A DNA stretch of 31,468 nt from Candidatus Micrarchaeota archaeon (lineage in GTDB: Archaea; Micrarchaeota; Micrarchaeia; Anstonellales; Bilamarchaeaceae). The stretch covers positions 1 through 31,468 of the forward strand of contig JBFMCO010000050.1 of NCBI GenBank assembly GCA_040754495.1, read 5' to 3'. The notes under the pieces are model-generated. The model did not search any database and was not told the origin of the DNA. It was given only the letters and a program-made list of their open reading frames with translations. Position 1 is the stretch's first letter. Each line of letters starts with the position of its first letter. The position numbers were made by a program, and so were the translations under genes. Shown here piece by piece: positions 8,886-17,405 of this stretch.

Positions 8886-9365
8886 TCACCTGGAGCCGAA
8901 GGCCAGGTAGCCGAGCACCGGGATGAAGAGCACCGCGAGCGAGATGTGGAATAGCGTGTGCATGAGGTCGAGGAACGAGTGGGTGATGAATATCGTCACG
9001 GAGTTGTGCGCGTCCACCCTTGCAAAAAGCCTCTTCCCGAAGCCCAGCGCCACGATGAGCGGTATCGCGAGCATCAGGATGAGGAAGAAGGATGTGACGC
9101 CGGGTATCTTGAGGAAAGCCACTATGCGTTCGGCGTTGTTGTCGAGCATGAAGAACGCGATGGACAGGGCGCCCAGGAAGAAGAGGGAGAAGTCAGCCAC
9201 GCGGCCTGTCTCGGGGTATATCCCCCGCGTATATTCCTCGTCCATCAGCTTGATCGAGCGCGGGATTTCCCATATTATGAACGAGATGATGAACACCACG
9301 GTCATCGAGTCGAACATGGGTATGTTTATGAGCTCGAAGAAATCGGCGATTATGTTGAGCGCCAT
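8886..9365 (-). CDS. hypothetical membrane protein
   Basis: 159 aa with about four hydrophobic segments. Confidence 0.7.
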   Translation of the reverse strand: MALNIIADFFELINIPMFDSMTVVFIISFIIWEIPRSIKLMDEEYTRGIYPETGRVADFSLFFLGALSIAFFMLDNNAERIVAFLKIPGVTSFFLILMLAIPLIVALGFGKRLFARVDAHNSVTIFITHSFLDLMHTLFHISLAVLFIPVLGYLAFGSR

Positions 9366-9474
9366 GCCTTTTCTTCGCTGGCTAGGATTTTAAATGGCTC
9401 CATGAGCGCAACTGCCGAATAGGGCATAGACGGACGACGAAATCAATTTAAAAGTTGGCCGCTGAATCTGCCTG

Positions 9475-10164
9475 ATGGAAAAAATCAAAATGGAGATCGC
9501 GGGCGAGATATCGCTCTCAGAGGACCCCGGGGCGACCATGCGCAAATGGCGCGAGATATTCGGGATTTCCCAGGTCGAGCTCGCCAAGCACCTCGGCATA
9601 ACCGTATCCACCATCAGCGACTACGAGGGGAACCGGAGGAAATCCCCCGGCACCGGAGTCATCCGGAGGTTCGTGAACGCGCTCTTCGACATAGACCAGG
9701 CCAAGGGAGGGACGATTGCCCAGAAATTCCGGGAGAAGGAGAAGCCGGTCAGCGAGTATTTCGAGGTGCACGAGTTCGCCCGCTCTATCCCGCTCAAGGA
9801 TTTCGTGGACTTGATAGAGGGGAAGATAATCACGAACGCGGACCTGCTCGACTCCAAGAAGATATACGGCTACACCCTCATTGACAGCATCAAGGTCATA
9901 CTCGACATGCCGTTCTCGTACTTCCAGAACCTCTATGGCAACGTGAACGAGCGCGTCTTCATATTCACCGGGGTGAGCACGGGCCGCAGCCCGCTCGTCG
10001 TGGTGAGGGTCAGCTCCTCGAAGCCGTCCGCAATCGTGCTCCACAACATAGACCCGTCCAAGGTGGACAGGCTCGCGGTGAAGATATCCGAGCGCGAGCG
10101 CATACCCATGATAGCGACGAACATGTCCATCGAGAAAATCAAGGACGCGCTGAACAGGATTTGA
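9475..10164 (+). CDS. XRE-HTH transcriptional regulator with a DRTGG-like domain (COG1709-like)
   Basis: MRKWREIFGISQVELAKHLGITVSTISDYE HTH; FTGVSTGRSPLVVVRV. Confidence 0.85.
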   Translation: MEKIKMEIAGEISLSEDPGATMRKWREIFGISQVELAKHLGITVSTISDYEGNRRKSPGTGVIRRFVNALFDIDQAKGGTIAQKFREKEKPVSEYFEVHEFARSIPLKDFVDLIEGKIITNADLLDSKKIYGYTLIDSIKVILDMPFSYFQNLYGNVNERVFIFTGVSTGRSPLVVVRVSSSKPSAIVLHNIDPSKVDRLAVKISERERIPMIATNMSIEKIKDALNRI

Positions 10165-10168
10165 GCCG

Positions 10169-10546
10169 CTATTTCTTCGCATAGTAAAGGATGGCCCCGA
10201 TGCCCGGGAGCACCCATATGGCAGCGAGCCACTTCACCTTCTCCCCGCCTGCCAGACCTTTGTCGCCGAAAATAACTATAGTGAATGGCACTGCCGCAAG
10301 GAGGTATGAGAACGGGGCGAGGATGATTGTCAGCATCGCCGTTATGCCTAGGAACGATTTTGCGCTGCTGCAGAGGCCGGAGAGCGCGTTGGCCAAATTC
10401 GAATCGCCTGCATCGCAGGCGCCCGGGGTGCCGGTCAGTGCCGAAATCAGGACCGGCATGAGTATGTACATCAGTATCGAAGCGAATGGAAGAAGCAGGA
10501 GCAGGGAACCGATGATCGAGCAGGCGAGCGGCACTCTCCGGTCCAT
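10169..10546 (-). CDS. membrane protein with a PLDc_N-like C-terminus
   Basis: hydrophobic helices, KVKWLAAIWVLPGIGAILYY; ATG overlaps the corA stop (TGATG). Confidence 0.6.
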   Translation of the reverse strand: MDRRVPLACSIIGSLLLLLPFASILMYILMPVLISALTGTPGACDAGDSNLANALSGLCSSAKSFLGITAMLTIILAPFSYLLAAVPFTIVIFGDKGLAGGEKVKWLAAIWVLPGIGAILYYAKK

Positions 10547-11616
10547 CAGAACCACCTCTTCTTCCTGAAATAGAAAAGCATCACGACACCTACAATCAGC
10601 ATGAGGAGGAGGATAGCCGGATATCCGAGGGGCTCGGTCAGCTCGGGCATGAAACGGAAGTTCATGCCGTAGACCCCGGCGATGAATGTCAGTGGCATGA
10701 ATATAGTCCCGACTACCGTCAGGAACTTCATCACTTCGTTGAGGCGGTTGCTCACGCTGGAGAGGTAGATGTCAACCATGCCCGAGAGCATCTCCCGGTA
10801 CGTCTCCACGTTGTCTATTATCTGGACCGAATGGTCATAGACGTCCCTCAGGTAGAATTTCGTGGCTTTCCGGACCAGAGAGGGCTTCGAGAACTCCGCC
10901 CGCTCCATGGTGGAGACCACTTCGCGCAGCGGCCAGACGGCTTTGCGCATGAGAAGCATCTCGCGCTTCAGCCGATGAAGCTGGCGCAGCGTCTTCGGGG
11001 CAGGGTTGGTTATCAGCTCATCCTCGAGGCTCTCGATTTCCTCGCCAAGCTTCTCGAGGATTATGAAGTAGTTGTCGACGACCGCGTCGACAAGGGAATA
11101 CGCGAGATAGTCCGGCCCGCTTGTGCGGATGAGGCCTTTGCCGCCCCTGATGCGCTCCCGCACATGGTCGAAGACGTCGCTCCCGTTTTCCTGGAAAGAA
11201 ATGACGAAATCCGGCCCCAGGACGAGGGAAACCTGCTCCGTCTCGATTCCGTTGTCCCTGGCAAGGCCGAGCATCTTGACTACGACATACAGGTAGTCCC
11301 CGTAATCCTCCAGCTTCGGCCGCTGGTCCGTGTTCATGATGTCCTCAAGCACGAGGGGGTGGAGCCCGAAGGCCGAGGCGAAATCCTCGAGGGCCCTGGC
11401 TTCGCTCAGCCCGCCGGCGTTTATCCAGACGACGCCCCCCTTGGAGCGGGCGGAGGCGCAATCAGCCAGCGTCGCATCCTTCTTTTCATAGAAGCCGGCG
11501 TCATCGTAGCTGAAAACCCAGAAGCGCGTCTTCTCGCTCCTCCGCTCCCCGATATGGAAGGGCGTGCCCGGGAGGAGGCCGATTTTTCCCGAGCGCTTTT
11601 TCATGAGCGTTGGCAT
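10546..11616 (-). CDS. corA: magnesium/cobalt transporter CorA
   Basis: LHPLVLED, QRPKLEDY, YGMNF signature, two C-terminal TM helices. Confidence 0.95.
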   Translation of the reverse strand: MPTLMKKRSGKIGLLPGTPFHIGERRSEKTRFWVFSYDDAGFYEKKDATLADCASARSKGGVVWINAGGLSEARALEDFASAFGLHPLVLEDIMNTDQRPKLEDYGDYLYVVVKMLGLARDNGIETEQVSLVLGPDFVISFQENGSDVFDHVRERIRGGKGLIRTSGPDYLAYSLVDAVVDNYFIILEKLGEEIESLEDELITNPAPKTLRQLHRLKREMLLMRKAVWPLREVVSTMERAEFSKPSLVRKATKFYLRDVYDHSVQIIDNVETYREMLSGMVDIYLSSVSNRLNEVMKFLTVVGTIFMPLTFIAGVYGMNFRFMPELTEPLGYPAILLLMLIVGVVMLFYFRKKRWF

Positions 11617-11666
11617 GCAGGGAAATCCTTGTTAGATTTAAAAAATGTGTCCGCCACGTTTTTCCT

Positions 11667-13310
11667 ATGCCAGAGAAAAAGACAAGGTTCATCGTGATTA
11701 CCGGCTCGATAATGTCCGGGCTCGGCAAGGGAATAGTCTCGTCCTCAATCTCGAAGCTCCTGCAGGCGCGGGGCTTCAAGGTGATGCAGATAAAGTTCGA
11801 CGGCTACCTCAACGTGGACTGCGGCACGATGAACCCGTTCCGCCACGGCGAGGTCTTCGTGCTGGACGACGGCACCGAGGTGGACATGGATTTCGGGACA
11901 TACGAGAGGTTCCTCAACACGTCGCTCCCCGGGACGTGCTCCATAACCGGCGGGAAGCTCTTCCAGAAGATAATCGAGAAGGAGAGGAAGGGCGAGTACC
12001 TCGGGAGGGACGTGCAGTTCGTTCCGCACCTCACGAACGAAATCAAGGCGTGGGTGCAGAAGGTCGGCTCGGAAAATAATGCGGACATCGTCTTAATCGA
12101 GGTCGGGGGGACTGTCGGCGACCTTGAGAACGGCTATTTCATAGAGGCCATGAGGCAGCTCTATTTCGAGCACAACAACATGGCCTTCGTGCAGCTCACC
12201 TACGTCCCTTCGCTGAGCGCCGGCGAGCAGAAGACCAAGCCCACCCAGCATGCGACGAGGCTGCTCCAGAGCCTCGGCATCCAGCCGGACATCATGATAG
12301 CACGCGAGCAGGAGAAGCTCACCGAGGATTCGAAGAAGAAGATAAGCCTGTATTGCAACGTGCCGGAGGATGCGGTCTTCGACGACCCGCTTCTTTCTAC
12401 GGTGTACGAGCTGCCTCTCGTGCTGGAGAAGCAGGGATTCTACCGCGTCCTCGCAAGGAGGCTCGGCCTGCCGGAAGGCAGGGAGGCGGACCTGAAGGAG
12501 TGGCACAGACGCGTTTCCCGCATCGTCTCGCCGAAAGAGAAGCCGCTCCGGATAGCGATTGTCGGCAAATACACCGCGGTGAAGGACGCTTATATAAGCG
12601 TGAGGGAGGCGCTCGTGCACAGCGCGGCCGCCGTGAACTGCCCGCTCGAAATAAGCTGGATAGAGGCGAGCGACCTGGAGAAGGTCTATGACGTCGCGGA
12701 AGTGCTCTCGCCTTACCAGGGAGTGCTCGTCCCGGGCGGGTTCGGCGAGCGCGGCATCGAGGGCAAGATAAAGGCGATTAAGTATGCGAGGGAGAGCAGG
12801 GTGCCCTACCTCGGCCTCTGCCTGGGCGTGCAGCTCATGGTGGTCGAATACGCGCGGAACGTCTGCGGTCTCGCGGGAGCCAATTCGACCGAGTTCGACA
12901 AGAAGACGCCGCACCCCGTGATAGACCTCCTTCCCGAGCAGCAGAAGATAACGAAGCTCGGCGCGACAATGAGGCTCGGGGCCTACGAATGCCTGCTGAA
13001 AAAAGGCACTGCCGCGCACAAGGCCTACGGGAAGGACAAAATCTCCGAGAGGCACAGGCACAGATACGAGGTCAATCCTGCTTATGTTTCCGAGCTGGAG
13101 GGCAAGGGGCTAGTGATATCAGGCAGGCACGAGTCCGGGGTGGTTGAGATAGCGGAGTGGAAGGAATCATTCGGCGTCGCCACCCAGCCGCACATAGAGC
13201 TCAAAAGCAGGCTGGAGGAGCCCGCACCCATTTTCGTAGAGTTCATGAAGGCCGTGATGGAGTACCGCGAGAAGCCGGCGAAATCCGCAGGGGAAGACAT
13301 AGCTGACTGA
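11667..13310 (+). CDS. pyrG: CTP synthase
   Basis: GSIMSGLGKG, DGYLNVD, HGEVFVLDDG, KTKPTQH, GLCLG, ERHRHRYE. Confidence 0.97.
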   Translation: MPEKKTRFIVITGSIMSGLGKGIVSSSISKLLQARGFKVMQIKFDGYLNVDCGTMNPFRHGEVFVLDDGTEVDMDFGTYERFLNTSLPGTCSITGGKLFQKIIEKERKGEYLGRDVQFVPHLTNEIKAWVQKVGSENNADIVLIEVGGTVGDLENGYFIEAMRQLYFEHNNMAFVQLTYVPSLSAGEQKTKPTQHATRLLQSLGIQPDIMIAREQEKLTEDSKKKISLYCNVPEDAVFDDPLLSTVYELPLVLEKQGFYRVLARRLGLPEGREADLKEWHRRVSRIVSPKEKPLRIAIVGKYTAVKDAYISVREALVHSAAAVNCPLEISWIEASDLEKVYDVAEVLSPYQGVLVPGGFGERGIEGKIKAIKYARESRVPYLGLCLGVQLMVVEYARNVCGLAGANSTEFDKKTPHPVIDLLPEQQKITKLGATMRLGAYECLLKKGTAAHKAYGKDKISERHRHRYEVNPAYVSELEGKGLVISGRHESGVVEIAEWKESFGVATQPHIELKSRLEEPAPIFVEFMKAVMEYREKPAKSAGEDIAD

Positions 13311-13355
13311 CCGTGTTCTGGAAACCGGATGCCCGAGACGGGAGACCAGGATAAG

Positions 13356-13397
13356 AAATTGGGCTCTGATTGGCCTTCGGCCAATTCGCCCAAATTT
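13356..13397. terminator. extended hairpin between convergent pyrG and tRNA-Val
   Basis: ATTGGCC-TTC-GGCCAAT inner stem (13369-13385) plus AAATTGGGC/GCCCAAATTT outer stem. Confidence 0.4.
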
Positions 13398-13444
13398 CCA
13401 GCCGGCAAGACCGAAGACTGGAAACTGGAGACCGGAAGCAAAAT

Positions 13445-13706
13445 TGGGCCCGCGCGGAATCGAACCGCGCATCTCCTGCATTTTGTCCTTTTTAGGAAAA
13501 CGCACAAGAACGACGTTTCGTTCTTGGCGCAGCGAGAACGTAACGACGTTCTCGCCGAGGACCAAACTGACTTGCTAATTTTTGCTCTCTGGAGCAAAAA
13601 TGGCTTACACCCAAAACCCGAGAGGGTTTTGCAACAGCCGGTTTTGGTCCCGCTTTTCCTAAAAGCGGGTGTCAAGCAGGCGTCTTAACCGATCGACTAC
13701 GGGCCC
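13445..13706 (-). tRNA. tRNA-Val(GAC) with a 189-nt intron at 37/38 (exon 1 13670-13706, exon 2 13445-13480; CCA not encoded)
   Basis: acceptor GGGCCCG/CGGGCCC with A73; anticodon arm CCTGC-TTGACA|T-GCAGG; T-arm CGCGG-TTCGATT-CCGCG. Confidence 0.92.
13481..13669 (-). mobile_element. MITE-like palindromic element forming the tRNA intron
   Basis: 11-bp subterminal inverted repeats TTTTAGGAAAA/TTTTCCTAAAA (13490-13500, 13654-13664), five internal hairpins, related module at 30735-30773; mobility is inferred. Confidence 0.5.
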
Positions 13707-13768
13707 AGAAGAGTTTCCTGTTTAGGGTTTCCTGTTCTGAACAATAGACACTAAACCCAAAACCGTTT

Positions 13769-14272
13769 TTATACCTTGGCTTCCAGCGCGCTGACGCCAT
13801 GGTGGATGAGCTTCGGGAAATAGGTGAAGCCCTGCTCTATGTGGTCTATGGATTTCGCCTCGCAAAGGCCCTTGAGCAGGCACGCCTGCGGCGATGCCGG
13901 GCTGTGCAGGTTGTTCATGACGACGACCGCGCCGGGGTTGCTTCGCCTGAACTGGGCGAGGCCCTTCTCGAATTCCGCGAACCCGGCAACAAGCTCGCGC
14001 GGGCTCAGGACCACCACGAGGTCCTTCTGAAGCGAGGGAAGGAGCAAAAGGAAGGAGGTCCAGCCGCACATCGTGACCTGCGCGGTCTCCGTGGCATGCC
14101 CCAGCACGCCTGCGACAATCTCCCTCATCTGCACGTAGTCCTTGTCGTCGATGACGATGCAGATGCGCCTGCCGGCAAGCTTGTCCGCAAGGTTCCTGTC
14201 CTCGCTGGGGAAGCGCTCGGCGCGCACTGGCTGCTTGTCTGGGATTAGTCTCGGGGCTGCTGTTGCAATCAT
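13769..14272 (-). CDS. hypothetical protein, possible receiver-like alpha/beta fold
   Basis: RICIVIDD, DLVVV, FRRSNPGAVVVM spacing is reminiscent of REC domains; weak. Confidence 0.5.
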   Translation of the reverse strand: MIATAAPRLIPDKQPVRAERFPSEDRNLADKLAGRRICIVIDDKDYVQMREIVAGVLGHATETAQVTMCGWTSFLLLLPSLQKDLVVVLSPRELVAGFAEFEKGLAQFRRSNPGAVVVMNNLHSPASPQACLLKGLCEAKSIDHIEQGFTYFPKLIHHGVSALEAKV

Positions 14273-14305
14273 GGGAACACTCTGCGCTTATCTGTGTGTG
14301 AGAAT

Positions 14306-15505
14306 TTAAAATAGTGATGTCTTTCCCTGGACAATCCGGCTCGTCACCTCGGTTATTTCCTCGAGGCGCGCATCCATCTCCTTCCTGACGACGGCCTGCA
14401 GGCGGGCGAAATCCGAATCCTTCGTGATGATGGAAACGGAGGCGACCTTGGGCTGGTCTATCGGCTTGCCTATCTGGGAAAGGAGCGTTATGGTTATGTC
14501 GTCAATGTCCGGGTGCTCCTTCGCTATCGAGGCCGCGGTCTCGCTCGCCAGCACCGAGTATATCTTGCCGACATGGTTCACAGGGTTCTTCCCGGCCGCG
14601 GCCTCCATGGTCATGGAGCGCATCGGCGTGATGAGGCCGTTGACGCGGTTGCCCCTCCCTACGCTCCCGTCGTCGCCCATCTCCGCGCTCGTGCCCGTAA
14701 GCGTGATGTAGACCGAGCCGGCCTTGACATCGTCAGCGGTGTTGACGAAAACCTCGACTTCTTTCTTGGTCAGCTTCCTGCAGAGGGCGAGTATGTCCTC
14801 GCGGACGCGCTCCTTGGAATCCACGTAGGACTGGATGCCCGGCACGTGCTTCGAGATGAACGCGCACGCGACTGTGAGCTTCAGCCTCTCTCCTTCGCGC
14901 AGGCCCATGACCTTTATGTCAGGCCCTACTTCAGGGTGCGCCTTCTTGTACTGCGGGGAATTGAGGAGGCGCTCGCTTTCAAGGACGACGCGCTCCAGGT
15001 CTGTGAGCGGCGCGAAGCCCGTGCCGAAGCTCGTGTCGTTCGCGAATGGCACCTTCGGCCCGCGGAGGAACAGCTCCACGAGGTCGCTCGAGCCAGGCGA
15101 GATGCGGGACTCGAACTCCACGTCGTCGCAGACGTCCAGCTCCGGAACTGCCTTCTCCAGGTATCTGTGCGCGGCATCCTGGGCTATGTGGTGGATTGGG
15201 AATTGCCTGCCGTCCGCCTTCTCGGTCGCGCGGCCGGAAAGTAGTATGTAGATGGGCTTGGTGAAAACCCCGCCACCGAACTCGACCGTCGTCCCGCCGC
15301 CGCATATCTGGCCCTTGTCCACGTTGTGGTGCAGGATTTTGCCGAACTCCTTGAGATACGCCTTGCTCAGCTCCCGGCTTATCTCCTCCATGATGCCGTC
15401 GATGAGGCTGTCCGGATGCCCCACGCCCTTGCGCTCGACGATTTCGACTTCCCTGCGGGCGACCGGCACGTAGCGCCCTTTCTCTACTATGATGTTCCGC
15501 TCCAT
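14306..15505 (-). CDS. mat: archaeal-type S-adenosylmethionine synthetase
   Basis: ERKGVGHPDS, HHNVDK, GDDGSVGRGNR, GKNPVNHVGKIY. Confidence 0.95.
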   Translation of the reverse strand: MERNIIVEKGRYVPVARREVEIVERKGVGHPDSLIDGIMEEISRELSKAYLKEFGKILHHNVDKGQICGGGTTVEFGGGVFTKPIYILLSGRATEKADGRQFPIHHIAQDAAHRYLEKAVPELDVCDDVEFESRISPGSSDLVELFLRGPKVPFANDTSFGTGFAPLTDLERVVLESERLLNSPQYKKAHPEVGPDIKVMGLREGERLKLTVACAFISKHVPGIQSYVDSKERVREDILALCRKLTKKEVEVFVNTADDVKAGSVYITLTGTSAEMGDDGSVGRGNRVNGLITPMRSMTMEAAAGKNPVNHVGKIYSVLASETAASIAKEHPDIDDITITLLSQIGKPIDQPKVASVSIITKDSDFARLQAVVRKEMDARLEEITEVTSRIVQGKTSLF

Positions 15506-15559
15506 AAAAATCAGCGGAAAATGGATGGGAAACGCGGTTTAAATACGTTCGTGAAAGGA

Positions 15560-15808
15560 TTATTCCGAACGGAATATATAGTGCTTCTCCCAGGAGGAGT
15601 CGTCCGGGGGGGCGCTTATCCTGTAGAACGCCTGCCTCGCCACGTTCCTGACCGTGTAGCACGGGTCGTGCTCGGAGACGTAATGCAGGGCGAGCCGGGC
15701 CATGTACGCGTCCCTGGAGCAGAGCCTGGATTTCAGTAGCTTGATTGCCTCCTTCCGGACGAGGACTTTCTTGCTTGAGAGCATTTCTATGATTGTCGGG
15801 ATTTCCAT
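15560..15808 (-). CDS. small HEAT-repeat-like protein
   Basis: VRKEAIKLL and DPCYTVRNVARQA; GGAGG SD; abuts the stop of the upstream gene. Confidence 0.6.
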   Translation of the reverse strand: MEIPTIIEMLSSKKVLVRKEAIKLLKSRLCSRDAYMARLALHYVSEHDPCYTVRNVARQAFYRISAPPDDSSWEKHYIFRSE

Positions 15809-15809
15809 G

Positions 15810-17276
15810 TCAGCCACCCTCCACTTCGATGTTCACGCGGACGCCAACCGAGCCGAGGGCGCGGATGACGGATTCGGCCTTGTTTTTCTGGCCCGCCTTC
15901 TCGCCTTCGCTCTGCCCGCCGGGGTTGAATTTCACATCCACCATGTCCTCTGCTATCTGGACCATGGCATTCACGAGGTTGCTGCGGCCGTGCCGATAAA
16001 GCGTTATGAGCTCCATCGCCGCGTCGAACTGGCGGTCGTCAGCAAACTGCAGCGCCTCAAGGGCCAGCATGATGCGCCTCTGCTCGAGGGCGGCTGCAGA
16101 TGGCGAGAGACCGTTGCCGCGCTCGATGAGGGCGCCGGTTATCGTGTAATAGGCGCCCATTGCCTCCTTCGAGCCGACGACCGGCTCAAGCAGCTCCTGC
16201 AGCGTGCCCGGGCTGTACGGGGCTATCCCGAGGAGGGCCATGTCCGAGATTGCATCAAGAAGCCTGACCTTTTCCCTTCCGTCCTGCTCCGACATCGCAG
16301 AGCCGACGAGCCCTGCGCACATATTATCAAGCATGGGCTTGAGGTGCTTGGCTCCGTTTGCATACAGGTCTGCAAGGCCGAGGGCCGCGCCGTACCTGTC
16401 CGCCCCGTCCTTCGAGAGCCTGTCTTTCAGGTCGCAGACGAGGAGAAACTCACCCGCCGCTTCCGATAGTGCGTCGATGGCAAGCAGTTCCTTTGCCATG
16501 TCCCTGAGCTCGCCGTCCGAATCCAGATAGGCCGCGCCCCTCAGGGCTGCCCTGATAACGGCAGGCTCGCTGCCTGCGAGCATGCTCAGGAAGAAGCCGT
16601 GCTTTGCCGGTGAATCGGACTGGCCGATGTCCACTGCCAGCGTGTCGATGTTCCGCATCAGGAAGTACCATCCGTGGTCCTCGAATTTCTCCGCCGGCTC
16701 CATCCCGAGCATCTTCCGGATCGTGAATTTCCTTGAATCGGGGTCGCTGAGTCTCTCCTCCCAGAAGGGGATGTAGCCATATTCAAGCTCCCAGAGGGCC
16801 TTCACGGACGAGAGGACCGCCTGCGCGTGGGTTTCGTCTCCGCTCTTGTAGAGGTCTTTCTTCTCGACAGCCCCTTTCAGGAGCGAGATGGTGCGCGAAT
16901 AGGGCGCCGTGATGAGCGCTCCCTCCGCATCCTTCGGGAGCGATTTCGCGGCTTCTGCGAAGAAATCAGCGATAACGGTGAGCGTCCGCACCTTCTGCGG
17001 GCTCTCGTAGGTGAAGGAGGAGGCGCTCTTGAGCCGTTTCTGGAGATAGAGCAGCGTCTCGGCTTTCCGCTTATCAGGCAGCGCGGAGTATGATTCCAGC
17101 GCGTCGGAAAGGTCCTCGGCTTCGCCGGAGCGGATTGCCGATTCAGCGAGCGATATCGCCTTCCGCCTCGCCTTCCTCGTGCGCAAGCCTTCGACAAGGC
17201 CGGAGAAAGGCCTCCAGCGCTTTTTTTCCCCCTTTTCCTGCGCCAAACTCGCGCACTGCATCTTCTGGTCTGACAT
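15810..17276 (-). CDS. hypothetical alpha-helical (HEAT/ARM-like) protein
   Basis: 488-aa Ala/Leu/Glu-rich ORF with host codon usage; [12 protein letters not shown] and similar helical repeats. Confidence 0.7.
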   Translation of the reverse strand: MSDQKMQCASLAQEKGEKKRWRPFSGLVEGLRTRKARRKAISLAESAIRSGEAEDLSDALESYSALPDKRKAETLLYLQKRLKSASSFTYESPQKVRTLTVIADFFAEAAKSLPKDAEGALITAPYSRTISLLKGAVEKKDLYKSGDETHAQAVLSSVKALWELEYGYIPFWEERLSDPDSRKFTIRKMLGMEPAEKFEDHGWYFLMRNIDTLAVDIGQSDSPAKHGFFLSMLAGSEPAVIRAALRGAAYLDSDGELRDMAKELLAIDALSEAAGEFLLVCDLKDRLSKDGADRYGAALGLADLYANGAKHLKPMLDNMCAGLVGSAMSEQDGREKVRLLDAISDMALLGIAPYSPGTLQELLEPVVGSKEAMGAYYTITGALIERGNGLSPSAAALEQRRIMLALEALQFADDRQFDAAMELITLYRHGRSNLVNAMVQIAEDMVDVKFNPGGQSEGEKAGQKNKAESVIRALGSVGVRVNIEVEGG

Positions 17277-17405
17277 GTGTGATCGCCTGCACTTATTGTG
17301 CCGGGAAGTGTTTTTAAATGTGTGTATTTGTGGATTTTAGGGGAAGCGAAAGCCGGGGGTAAAAACATTAGAACCATGCGCTCGGAATATCCATGAGGCA
17401 GGATT

